Source: Spirochaetia bacterium (GTDB lineage: Bacteria; Spirochaetota; Spirochaetia; SZUA-6; Bin103). Taken from it: a DNA stretch of 64,000 nucleotides. The stretch lies in NCBI GenBank assembly GCA_965203055.1, contig OZ241863.1:2400001-2464000 (forward strand), in the 5' to 3' direction. Positions 51,737-61,279 of the stretch are shown here, piece by piece. Below the pieces are notes generated by a model. That model worked only from the letters and a program-made list of their open reading frames with translations. It had not been told where the DNA came from and ran no database searches. The position numbers and the translations under genes are program-made. Each line of letters begins with the position of its first letter. Position 1 is the first letter of the stretch.

Positions 51737-53401
51737 TCATCCGCCGAAGCCGAGCCGCTTCAGGTTGTCGGCGATGGCGGCGTCGAGTGAGCGCGCCTCT
51801 GCCTGCTGCTCGCGCCATAGGGCGGTGAGGCGCTTCATCTTCTCCGCGAACGGCTCGCCGTCGTCCGCCGGCGCTGCGGCGCCGACGTACCGGCCCGGCG
51901 TGAGCACGTAGCCGTGCCGGCGCACCTCCTCCCGCGCGGCGCTCTTGCAGAAGCCGGGCACGTCGGCGTATTCGCCCGCGCCCTCCTCTCCGCGCCACGC
52001 GTGATAGGTGTCGGCGATGCGGGCGATCTCCTCCGCGGTCAGTTCGCGGTGGGTGCGGTCGACCATGCGGCCGAGCTTGCGCGCGTCGATGAACAGCAGC
52101 TCCCCGCGCCGGTCGCGCAGCGCGCCGTTGCCGCGGGCGCGGGCCAGGAACCACAGGCAGGCCGGTATCTGCGTCGAGTAGAACAGTTGCCCCGGCAGCG
52201 CCACCATGCAGTCGATCAGGTCCGCCTCGAGCAGGCTCCGGCGAATGGCGCCTTCGCCGGCCTGGTTCGACGACATCGAGCCGTTGGCCAGCACGAACCC
52301 GGCCACGCCGGCCGGCGCCAGATGATGCACGATGTGCTGCGCCCACGCGAAGTTGGCGTTGCCCTTGGGCGGCGCGCCGTAGCGCCAGCGGCGGTCCTCG
52401 GCCAGCCGTTCGCCGCCCCAGTCGGAGACGTTGAACGGCGGATTGGCCAGGATGAAGTCCGCCTTCAGATCGGGGTGGCGGTCGTCGTGGAAGCTGTCGC
52501 CGTGCTCGATCCGCCCGTCGATGCCGCGGATCGCCAGGTTCATCTTGGCCAGCCGCCACGTCGTGTAATTCGACTCCTGGCCGTAGATCGAGATGTCGGT
52601 CGCGGCGCCGCGCGGCGCCTTGCCGCCGTTGCCATTGCCGGTGGCGTGCGCGTCGATGAACGCGACCGACTGCACGAACATGCCGGACGAGCCGCAGCAC
52701 GGGTCGTACACCCGCCCCCGGTAGGGCTCCAGCATCTCCACCAGCAGCTTGACGATGCAGCGCGGGGTGTAGAACTCCCCGCCCTTCTTGCCCTCGGCGC
52801 TCGCGAACTGCGACAGGAAATACTCGTAGACCCGGCCGAGCACGTCCTTGGAGCGGGCGTCTTCGTCGCCCACCTTGATGTTGCCGATCAGGTCGATGAG
52901 CTGGCCGAGGCGCTGCTGGTCGAAGCCGGGGCGGGCGTAATCCTTGGGCAGCACGTCCTTGAGCGCCGCGTTGTCACGCTCGATGCCGGCCATCGCGTCG
53001 TCGACCGCGCGCCCGATGGCAGGCTGCCGCGCCTGCGCCCGGAGGCGCTCCCAGCGCGCTTCGCGCGGCACCCAGAAGATGTTTTCGGCGCGGTACTCGT
53101 CGGGGTCCTCGGGGTCGGCCCCCTCGCCCCGCTCCGCTTCCAGGACGGCATGTCGCTCCTCGAAGGCGTCGGAGATGTACTTGAGGAAGATCAGCCCCAG
53201 CACGACGTGCTTGTACTCGGCGGCGTCCAGCGAGCCGCGCAGGGTGTCGGCCATGCGCCACAGCTCGGCCTCATGGCCGGTGGTGGCGCCGCTGGCGTCG
53301 GCGGTAGCGGCTGCCTTCCGCGCGGCGCCGGCGTTGCGCCTGTCCGGCCGCCCGCGCGCCCGTCCCTCCGAATCGCCGTCCCTGATGATGAGTCGTGGCA
53401 T
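51737..53401 (-). CDS. hsdM: Type I R-M methyltransferase subunit M
   Basis: [41 protein letters not shown]. Confidence 0.97.
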   Translation of the reverse strand: MPRLIIRDGDSEGRARGRPDRRNAGAARKAAATADASGATTGHEAELWRMADTLRGSLDAAEYKHVVLGLIFLKYISDAFEERHAVLEAERGEGADPEDPDEYRAENIFWVPREARWERLRAQARQPAIGRAVDDAMAGIERDNAALKDVLPKDYARPGFDQQRLGQLIDLIGNIKVGDEDARSKDVLGRVYEYFLSQFASAEGKKGGEFYTPRCIVKLLVEMLEPYRGRVYDPCCGSSGMFVQSVAFIDAHATGNGNGGKAPRGAATDISIYGQESNYTTWRLAKMNLAIRGIDGRIEHGDSFHDDRHPDLKADFILANPPFNVSDWGGERLAEDRRWRYGAPPKGNANFAWAQHIVHHLAPAGVAGFVLANGSMSSNQAGEGAIRRSLLEADLIDCMVALPGQLFYSTQIPACLWFLARARGNGALRDRRGELLFIDARKLGRMVDRTHRELTAEEIARIADTYHAWRGEEGAGEYADVPGFCKSAAREEVRRHGYVLTPGRYVGAAAPADDGEPFAEKMKRLTALWREQQAEARSLDAAIADNLKRLGFGG

Positions 53402-53501
53402 CCTCGCATCAACCTCGTCTCGGGTAGTATACGCGCTATCGGGCAGTATCGGGCGGTATTCGGCGGCCTTTGCGCCGGTACCCCGCAGGAGCAGGACGCA
53501 C

Positions 53502-54464
53502 GTGACGCTGGCACCTCGCAGAATACGCACCTCGATCGTCGGTTTGGTCGCCGCGGTACTCGCGCTACTGCTGTGGGCCGGTTCGAGTTCGCCGGCGCGG
53601 GCGCATGAACGTCAGGACGGCGTGCCGCGCACCGCCGTGGTATCCGCCTTCGCGCCGGAGCTGTCGATCCTCAAGGCGGAGCTGGACGGCGCCGTCACCC
53701 ATTCGCTGAAGGGCGTGGAGTTCTCCACCGGGACCCTGCAGGGGCGCCCGGTCGTATTGTTCCTGAGCGGCATCAGCGTCGTCAACGCGGCGATGACGAC
53801 CCAGCTCGCCCTGGACCACTTCACCATCGAGCGGATCGTGTTCTCCGGCATCGCCGGCGGCGTCGATCCCGCGCTCCACGTCGGCGACCTCGTGATCGCC
53901 GACCGATGGGGCCAGTATCTCGAACTGGTCTTTGCCCGCGAGGAGGAAGAGGGATGGCGCCCACCGCCGTTCTTCGACTACCCGTACCCCAACTACGGCA
54001 TGATGTTTCCGCGCTCCGTCACCGTGCAGGGCGTGGGCGCCGGTGCAGGCGCGGACGCGCCGGAGACCCGCTTCTGGTTCCCGGTCGACGCGGCGCTGCT
54101 GGCCGCCGCCGGGGAAGCCGCCGCGGCGGTGACGCTCGCTCGCTGTACGGCGGACGGCGCCTGCCTGCGGCGCGCGCCCAGGATCGTGGTCGGCGGCGCC
54201 GGCGTCTCCGGGAGCGCCTTCATCGACAACGCGGCGTTCCGGGAATACACGTTCGAGACCTTCGGCGCGCGCGTGCTGGACATGGAAAGCGCCGCGGTGG
54301 CGCACGTGGCCTACGCGAACGGCGTCCCATTCATCGCCATCCGCAGCCTGTCCGACCTGGCGGGCGGCGGCGAAGGCGAGAATCAGTTGGAGGTCTTTCT
54401 CGATCTCGCGGCCGGCAACGCGGCTGCGGTCGTCAAGGCGCTCCTGCGCGCGCTGCCCGCATAG
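53502..54464 (+). CDS. Exported MTA/SAH nucleosidase-like (PNP_UDP_1) protein
   Basis: Signal peptide; [37 protein letters not shown]. Confidence 0.85.
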   Translation: MTLAPRRIRTSIVGLVAAVLALLLWAGSSSPARAHERQDGVPRTAVVSAFAPELSILKAELDGAVTHSLKGVEFSTGTLQGRPVVLFLSGISVVNAAMTTQLALDHFTIERIVFSGIAGGVDPALHVGDLVIADRWGQYLELVFAREEEEGWRPPPFFDYPYPNYGMMFPRSVTVQGVGAGAGADAPETRFWFPVDAALLAAAGEAAAAVTLARCTADGACLRRAPRIVVGGAGVSGSAFIDNAAFREYTFETFGARVLDMESAAVAHVAYANGVPFIAIRSLSDLAGGGEGENQLEVFLDLAAGNAAAVVKALLRALPA

Positions 54465-54536
54465 ACCGGCCTTGAACCTTGAACGGACCACTTGCCCATA
54501 CGTACCCAACGTGAGATATTGATACGTAGCAGCGTC

Positions 54537-54800
54537 ATGAGCACGAAACTCACCCTGAGCGTCAACGCTACGATCGTCCAACGGGCGAAGGAGTTGGCGA
54601 GACGGCGACGAACGAGCCTCTCTGGACTGGTCGAGGAGTATCTCCGATTTGCCAGCGCCGGCCTTGATGAGCGGCCCGCCGTCAGCAGCCGAGTTCAGGC
54701 GGTTGCCGAATCACTGCCGATGCCGCCGGACGCTACCTACGATCGCTTGCAGGAGCAGTACCTGCGGGAAAAGCTACTCGGTGCGGAAGATTCTACTTGA
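54537..54800 (+). CDS. DUF6364-like RHH antitoxin
   Basis: MSTKLTLSV...AK..A...SLSGLVEEYL; TACGTA palindromes at 54499 and 54523. Confidence 0.85.
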   Translation: MSTKLTLSVNATIVQRAKELARRRRTSLSGLVEEYLRFASAGLDERPAVSSRVQAVAESLPMPPDATYDRLQEQYLREKLLGAEDST

Positions 54801-55245
54801 TTCCGACGTCATTCTGGATCTGTTCGTCTCGCGCGAACCGCATCACACGGTCGCCTTGCATTTCTTCTCGTGCATCGATCTCGAGCGAGACACCATCAGC
54901 GCAACGGCGTCGCCGGTGGCTATGGCCAACGTCGCCTACGTGTTGGCCAAGTTGAAGAATCAGGCATTTGCGGTGGGTAAACTGCGCGAACTCAGAACCA
55001 TGATCGGGGTGTCTCCCATCAACCAAACGGTCGTGGACCGTGCCCTGGCACGTCCGCATCGTGATTTCGAAGATGCCCTGCAACGAGAATGCGCGCTGGA
55101 GAATGGGATCGAGATTCTCGTGACTCGCAACACCCGCCACTATCCCAAGACCGACGTCGCTATCCTCTCACCGGCTGACTTCTTGCAGCTTCACGGCGCC
55201 GCGCTGGCGCTCATGGGCGGCGGCGGACCGGGCAGACCGTCCTGA
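54781..55245 (+). CDS. PIN-domain toxin
   Basis: ILLDSDVILD, DFEDALQ, LVTRN. Confidence 0.88.
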   Translation: MRKILLDSDVILDLFVSREPHHTVALHFFSCIDLERDTISATASPVAMANVAYVLAKLKNQAFAVGKLRELRTMIGVSPINQTVVDRALARPHRDFEDALQRECALENGIEILVTRNTRHYPKTDVAILSPADFLQLHGAALALMGGGGPGRPS

Positions 55246-57216
55246 TCCGCCAGCCGAACCAGAAGCTGCTTGCCCTCCAGCGTTTGGCGCGCCCAATACA
55301 GGTTCTGGTATTGATCGTAGCCGCCCTCGCTCTCGCTCCCTGCCAGCCTTGCCGTGCCGGTCGCGGTGGTGCCGCCGGACGGCGCCGCGCCAAAGGTCAC
55401 GGTTGGGGCAGTCGTGTAGCCGCTCCCGCGGTCCGTAATATCCACCGACGCTACGCGCAACGCCGCAGTGCCGGCGGCCGTGGTGCCGGCCCCCGGCGCT
55501 GCCGAAAGGGTCACGGTCGGGGCAGTCGTGTAGCCGCTCCCACGGTTCATGACATTCACCGACGTTACGCGCAGCGCCGCGGTGCCGGCGGCCGTGGTGC
55601 CGCCGCCCGGCGCCGCGCCAAAGGTCACGGTTGGGGCAGTCGTGTAACCGCTCCCGCGGTCCGTGATATCCACCGACGTGACGCGCAGCGCCGCAGTGCC
55701 GGCAGCCGTGGTGCCGCCGCCCGGCGCCGCGCCAAAGGTCACGGTTGGGGCAGTCGTGTAACCGCTCCCACGGTTCGTGATCGTCACCGACGTGACGCCG
55801 GTTTGCAGCACTGCGGTGCCGGTGGCCGTGGCGCCGCCCGGCCCTGCTCCGAACGTCACGGTTGGGGCAGCAGTGTAGCCGCTCCCCGGGTTCGTGATCG
55901 TCACGTCCTCTACTCTGGTGGTCCGTAACGTCGCGGTGGCGCTCGCGCCGGAGCCTCCTCCTCCCGAAAACGACACGGTTGGGGCAGAGGCGTAGCCGCT
56001 TCCCCGGTTCACTACGGCTACGAGCGTCACTTGACTGCTAACTATCAACGCTGTTCCGGTTGCCCGGGTGCCTCCGGCGGCCTGCGGAGCGCTAAACGTT
56101 ACGGTTGGAGCAGACGTGTAGAAGTTCCCCGGGGCCGTGATCGTCACTGAACTTACTTCTGATCGCAGCGTTGCGGTGCCGGTCGCGGTGGTGCCGCCGG
56201 ACGGCGCTGCTCCGAACGTCACGGTGGGAGCGGACGTATAGCCGGCCCCCCGGTTCGTGATCGTCACTGACGTGACGAGGCCGGGCCCCACCGCGGTGCC
56301 GGTCGCCGCGGTGCCGCCGGACGGCGGCGCGCTGAACGTCACGCTGGGAACCGACGCGTAGCCGCTTCCCGCAGTCCCGACCGTCACCGCATCGACGGCG
56401 CCCGCCGCGGCCCCGATCGCCGTAGTCCCGCCGGACGGCGGCGCGCTAAACGTCACGGTAGGGACGGAAGTGTAGCCGCTTCCTGCGGTCCCGACCGTCA
56501 CCGCATCGACGGCGCCCGCCGCGGCGCCGGTCGCCGTAGTCCCGCCGGACGGCGGCGCGCTGAACGTCACGCTGGGAACCGACGCGTAGCCGCTTCCTGC
56601 GGTCCCGACCGTCACCGCGTCGACGGAGGCTACCGCGGTGCCGGTTGCCGTGGTGCCGCCGGACGGCGCCGCCTCGAACGTCACGCCGGGAACGGACGCG
56701 TAGCCGCTCCCCGGGTTCGCTATCGTGACCGCCTGAACCGTGCCGACGGCGCCCGGCTCGATCGTGTCGGAGCCCGACTGATCCGGGGCGGTGAGCACCA
56801 GTACCACTGCGCCCGCCCGGACGTCCGGGGTTACCGTCCACTCCGCGCCGGTGAGGTCGGACGCGAAGACCGGCTTGGCGCTCGTGCTCGTGAACGGCAA
56901 CGGGTGCCCGCCGATCGACACCTGCACCTTCTCGCCCTCGCCGCCGGTGATCCGCTCCCAGGCATACGGCGCGGAACGGTTGGACGTCGCGCTCAGCAGG
57001 TCCGCGCCGTCACCAAAGTGAGCCGCGCTGATCGTCCAGCTCTTCTCGGCCGGCTGGGCCGGCTGCGGGGTTGGCGGCGGCTCGCTCGGCGGCTTACCCC
57101 CCCCCCCCTTGGGCCGGGTCGGCGGGCGCGGCGGGCGGGCCCGCCGCCTGCGCGCACGCCATCAGCATGGCGATACCGGCGGCCAGCAACAGCGATACCA
57201 GCGACGCTCTGCCCAA
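55191..57216 (-). pseudogene. Repeat lipoprotein, copy 2 (12 repeats); frameshifted at a G12 tract
   Basis: AGGAGG + TTG 57216, lipobox MLMAC; 12 C on plus (57097-57108) gives GGGG-stop; removing one G restores a ~674-aa ORF. Confidence 0.8.
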
Positions 57217-57331
57217 GATTATCCTCCTGCCGGGCGGTTGGTCCCAGGCGGCGGCACGGTAGCACGCGCTCCCCAAGCTGTCCATCCCCACGTCGCTCGC
57301 TTTCGCTCGCTCGCTCACTGCGCGCCGTCTC

Positions 57332-57360
57332 TTGACGTGGCAGACGTTTGTCTGTATGAT
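57332..57360 (+). promoter_or_regulatory. lexA promoter with putative SOS box
   Basis: TTGACG-17-TATGAT enclosing CAGACGTTTGTCTG (57341-57354). Confidence 0.85.
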
Positions 57361-57366
57361 GCTCCC

Positions 57367-58008
57367 ATGGCTCACGCTCCCCGGCCACGCTCCGGCGACC
57401 GCAAGCGGCGCATCTTCCTGTTCGTGCGCGACCGGATTCTCTCCGGGGCGCCGCCCACCGTGCGCGAGGTGCAGGCGCACTGCGGCTTCCGCGCCGTGCA
57501 GTCGGCCCGCGACTACCTGGAGGCGCTGGTGCGCGACGGGCTGCTGGACAAGGAACCGGGCAAGGCGCGCGGCTACCGGCTGCCGGCGCACTCCCCCTTC
57601 CCTACCGTCCTGGTCCCGCTCCTGGGACGGGTGCAGGCCGGCGCCCTCACCACCGCCAGCGAACACCCCGACGGCTATCTGGCGGTGCAGTCCGCCAGGG
57701 AACGCGACGAGCTGTTCGCCCTGCGGGTGCACGGCGAGAGCATGCGCGACGCCGCCATTCTGCCGGGCGACGTGGTGATCGTGCACCGGCAGGAAGACGC
57801 CCGCTCCGGGGATATCGTCGTCGCTCTGGTGGAGGAAGAGGCCACGGTGAAGCGGCTCAAGGTGCAGGCGGGGCGCGTCGAGCTGCATCCCGCCAACCCG
57901 GCGTTCGCTCCTATCGTCCCGGATCCCGCCCGGGTGCGCATCCTCGGCAAGGTGATCGAGGTGCGCCGCTACCTGGAAGGCGGCGCGCTGCTCGCACCCG
58001 AGCCATGA
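57367..58008 (+). CDS. lexA: SOS repressor LexA
   Basis: PPTVREV HTH, LGRVQAG cleavage site, GESM, EATVKR. Confidence 0.95.
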   Translation: MAHAPRPRSGDRKRRIFLFVRDRILSGAPPTVREVQAHCGFRAVQSARDYLEALVRDGLLDKEPGKARGYRLPAHSPFPTVLVPLLGRVQAGALTTASEHPDGYLAVQSARERDELFALRVHGESMRDAAILPGDVVIVHRQEDARSGDIVVALVEEEATVKRLKVQAGRVELHPANPAFAPIVPDPARVRILGKVIEVRRYLEGGALLAPEP

Positions 58009-58655
58009 CCGGCGCGCCGCTGCGCCGCGGCCGGCACCTGGTAGTGCGCGCCGCCGCGCTGGCGCGCGAGCGCGGCCCGCAGCAAGAGGATCGCGACGCT
58101 GCCCGGTGGCGCCCCGCGGAGCTCGCCGGACGCCTGTGCGAGCTGGCCGCCGATGCCCATGGCGCGCTGCTGACCCTTGCCTGCGCCATGATCCGCGACT
58201 ATCAACGCGCCGCCGAACCGGTGGCCTGGATCACCACCACCCGCGACACCTTCTTTCCGCCGGACGCCGCCCGCGGCGGGATCGATCTGGCGGCGCTGCC
58301 GGTGGTTACCGTTCCCGATCGGCACGCCGCGGCGCGCGCCGCCGAGCGGCTGACCCGGAGCGGGGCCTTCGGACTGCTGGTGCTGGAGCTCGGCGCCCGC
58401 CTGGCCATCCCGGCGCCGTTCCTGGGCCGGCTGGCGCGCCTGGCGCGGCGCCACGATACCGCCCTCCTGTGCCTTACCACACCCGCCCCCGGCGCTACCC
58501 TCGGGTCGCTGATCGCGCTGCGCGGGCGCGCGTTTCGCGCCGCCGCGCCGCAGGCGGGCCGCCTGCGCTGCGGCATCCGCGTATCCAAGGACCGCCGGCG
58601 CGGCCCCGGCCGGACGCTGGCCGCCAGCTACCATGCCCCCCACGGCCTGTGTTGA
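58005..58655 (+). CDS. imuA: ImuA / RecA-like protein
   Basis: GRLCEL, FFPPDAARGGIDL..L, RSGAFGLLVLEL; between lexA and imuB. Confidence 0.8.
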   Translation: MTGAPLRRGRHLVVRAAALARERGPQQEDRDAARWRPAELAGRLCELAADAHGALLTLACAMIRDYQRAAEPVAWITTTRDTFFPPDAARGGIDLAALPVVTVPDRHAAARAAERLTRSGAFGLLVLELGARLAIPAPFLGRLARLARRHDTALLCLTTPAPGATLGSLIALRGRAFRAAAPQAGRLRCGIRVSKDRRRGPGRTLAASYHAPHGLC

Positions 58656-60153
58656 CGTCGCGGCGCTGGCGCTGCAGTTGCTGCTCCGGCGGCGCCCCGA
58701 CTGGCAACGCCGCCCCGCCGCGGTAGTCAGCGAAGACACCCCCCGCGGCGCCGTGGTGACCGTCAATCGGCCGGCGCGCGCCGCCGGGGTGCGCGCCGGG
58801 ATGCGGTACGCCGCGGCGCTCTCCCTGGCCCCCCGGCTGCAGGCGGCCATCGTCTCCGCCGAGGAAACCGCGGCGGGGGCGCGGCTCATCCGGGAGCGGC
58901 TGCTGTCGATCAGCCCGCGCGTCGAATGGGGCGGCGCCGGCTGGGCCGGGCAGGGGGTGTTCTGGATGGAGGCGGGAGGATTGCGCCGCCACTATCCTTC
59001 GCCTGAGGCGCTGGCGCGCGCCATTCAGCGCTGTCTGCGCGCGGCCCGGTTCTTCGCCGCGGTGGTTCTGGGACATACCCGGCTCGGCACCTCCCTCCTC
59101 GCCCGGGAGCTGGCGACTCCGCAAGCGGGCGCGCCGCGCCGGCCGCGGTACTGGCTGGTAATGCCCTCCGCGGCTGACGAACTGGCTGCTGCGCGGCAGG
59201 TTCCGCTGGCGCGGCTGCCCCTGGAACCGGAGGCGCTCGACCTGCTGGAAAAGCTGGCCCTGAGCACGGTAGACGACTTGCTCCGCATCTCCTGCGCCGA
59301 GCTGCTGCACCGCTTCGGCCCCCACGTGGCGGAGTTGCGGCGCGCCGCCGGCGCCGCGCCGGAGCTTCCGGTGCAGGGCTCGGCCCCGGCGGTCCCGCTC
59401 CTGCAGCGCAAGCGGCTGGCATACCCGGAAACCGATGCGGCGCGTCTGCAGCGCTCTGTGGAGGTACTGCTCGAGGCGTTGCTCCGCCGGCTGCGGCAGG
59501 AGGAACGCGCCGTAGCCGGGCTGGAGCTGCAACTCCGGTTGGAAGACGGCTCGTATCGGCGGGAACTGATCCGCCCCGCGGTCCCCACCCGCGAACGGCG
59601 CCGGCTGGCGGAGTTGCTGGCGCTGCGCCTGCCCACGCTGGAGCTGAGCGCCGGCGTCGAAGAGCTGGCCATGGAGGCGCGGGCCGCCCCGCTGCCGGCA
59701 GGTCAGAGCGAGCTGTTCCGCAGCAACCCGCGGCGCGATCTGGCGGCCGGGTCCGCGGCGCTGGCCGGCATCCGGGCCGAGTTCGGCAACGGGGCGGTGG
59801 CGCGCGCCGAGTTGGCCGCGGAGCATCTGCCGGAGGCGCAGTTCCGCTGGCAGCCGGTCGCCGAGTTGACGGCGCCCCGCCCCCGCTCCAGGCGGCAGGA
59901 GGCGGCGCCGCTGGTGCGGCGGATGCTGGCGCGACCGGTGGAGATCCCGGCGCCGCGCGTCGGCTCCGGGCCGCGGCCCGCGCACTACGGACCGTTCCTC
60001 ATCTCCGGCGGCTGGTGGCGCGCCGCGGAGGCCCGGGAAGGCGGCTGCGCCGACCGCGCCTACTACTTCCTGCGCTCCTCCGGCAACACCCTGGAGTGGG
60101 TCTACCACGACCGCCTGACCCGGCGCTGGTACCGCCAGGGATGGATCGAGTGA
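58633..60153 (+). CDS. imuB: ImuB, inactive Y-family polymerase
   Basis: ARAAGVRAGM, HLPE, GP..ISGGWW, RAYY, WYRQG. Confidence 0.88.
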   Translation: MPPTACVDVAALALQLLLRRRPDWQRRPAAVVSEDTPRGAVVTVNRPARAAGVRAGMRYAAALSLAPRLQAAIVSAEETAAGARLIRERLLSISPRVEWGGAGWAGQGVFWMEAGGLRRHYPSPEALARAIQRCLRAARFFAAVVLGHTRLGTSLLARELATPQAGAPRRPRYWLVMPSAADELAAARQVPLARLPLEPEALDLLEKLALSTVDDLLRISCAELLHRFGPHVAELRRAAGAAPELPVQGSAPAVPLLQRKRLAYPETDAARLQRSVEVLLEALLRRLRQEERAVAGLELQLRLEDGSYRRELIRPAVPTRERRRLAELLALRLPTLELSAGVEELAMEARAAPLPAGQSELFRSNPRRDLAAGSAALAGIRAEFGNGAVARAELAAEHLPEAQFRWQPVAELTAPRPRSRRQEAAPLVRRMLARPVEIPAPRVGSGPRPAHYGPFLISGGWWRAAEAREGGCADRAYYFLRSSGNTLEWVYHDRLTRRWYRQGWIE

Positions 60154-60200
60154 GCAAGCGCGCGGTTGCGCGACCGGCGCGGCCCGCGTACCGTAGCGCC

Positions 60201-61198
60201 ATGGCAACCACCAAGACTTCCAAGACCGCCACCGGGCCGCCCCGCCCGGACACGGCTGCCGCGCCGCCGGAGCCGGAGTTCCCCGGCTGCACGCCGGTCC
60301 ATCTGCCGGCGGACGAGCTCGAACGCAGCGACCAGCGGTTGGAGTATTGGGACGGCGCGACCCAAACCGCCTGGATCTGCGAACCGACCAGTCCCTACCA
60401 CGAGCGGCCCTCCGGCCGCCTGACCCGGCTCACCGAGCGGATCGCGCAGCTGCGCGGCGCGCCCATCGAAAGCTACGGCTCGATGGACCTGCGGCAGCAC
60501 GACGGGCCGCGCAGCATCATGCAGGCCGACGAGTCGGTGTACCTGCATCCGGGCAGCGCCCGCCTGCCGGGGCCGTCGGCGATGGTGATCGGCGTCGACG
60601 ACTATCCCGACGTAGTGCTGGAGGTGGACCACACCACCGACGGCGCGGCAAGCTGGGGTTGTACGAGTCGTGGGGGTTCCCGGAGGTATGGGTGGAGGTG
60701 CCGGACGAGACCGCGCCGAGCCGCCCGCGGGGCCGGCGGCCGGGGCTGACGATCCACCTGCTGGAGGCGGGCGCGTACCGGGCGGCGCCGGAGAGCCGGG
60801 CGTTTCCGGGGTGGACGGCGGAGGAGATTCACGCGGCGCTGAACGAACCGGCGCTGTCGGCGCAGACCAGCGCGGTGCTGGAACGGGTGGGGAGGACGCT
60901 CGGCGAGCGGGAGGGCACCGGGCCGGATCACGATCCGCTGCTGCGGTCGCAACGGCGCCGCGGGTACGAGCACGGCCACGAGCGCGGCCTGGAGCACGGG
61001 CGGGCGGAGGAACGCGCGCTGCTGTGCCGGCAGGCGGCGCGGAAGTTCGACGACGACACCGCGCAACGGCTCGCAGTGCTGCTGGAGCGGACCGCCGATC
61101 CTGACCGCCTGGCGCAGGCCGGCGACTGGATCATCGAGTGCGAGACCGGAGCCGAGCTCCTCGACCGGGTAGCAGGCAACACCGCGCGCCGGACCTGA
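60201..61198 (+). pseudogene. Uma2-family endonuclease-like protein, frameshift near 60640
   Basis: MQADESVYLHP, PDVVLEVDHTTD in one frame; RRGKLGLYESWGFPEVWVEVP continues in another. Confidence 0.8.
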
Positions 61199-61242
61199 CC
61201 TGACCCGCGGGGGGTCGGCGTTGGGATCGCGTGCCAACCGTC

Positions 61243-61272
61243 TTGCGTTATACAGACATTTGTCTGTATGCT
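61243..61272 (+). promoter_or_regulatory. dnaE2 promoter with putative SOS box
   Basis: TTGCGT-18-TATGCT overlapping ATACAGACATTTGTCTGTAT (61250-61269). Confidence 0.85.
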
Positions 61273-61279
61273 GGCTTGC

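Noticed and set aside
55330..56740. Periodic DNA repeats as a possible CRISPR array
   Set aside because: They are degenerate in-frame coding repeats of ~105-111 bp with no unique spacers and no cas genes.
57295..57322. CGCTCGCTCGCTCACTG, resembling the AAV ITR Rep-binding element
   Set aside because: Short low-complexity GCTC repeat in GC-rich DNA; no ITR hairpin or vector context.
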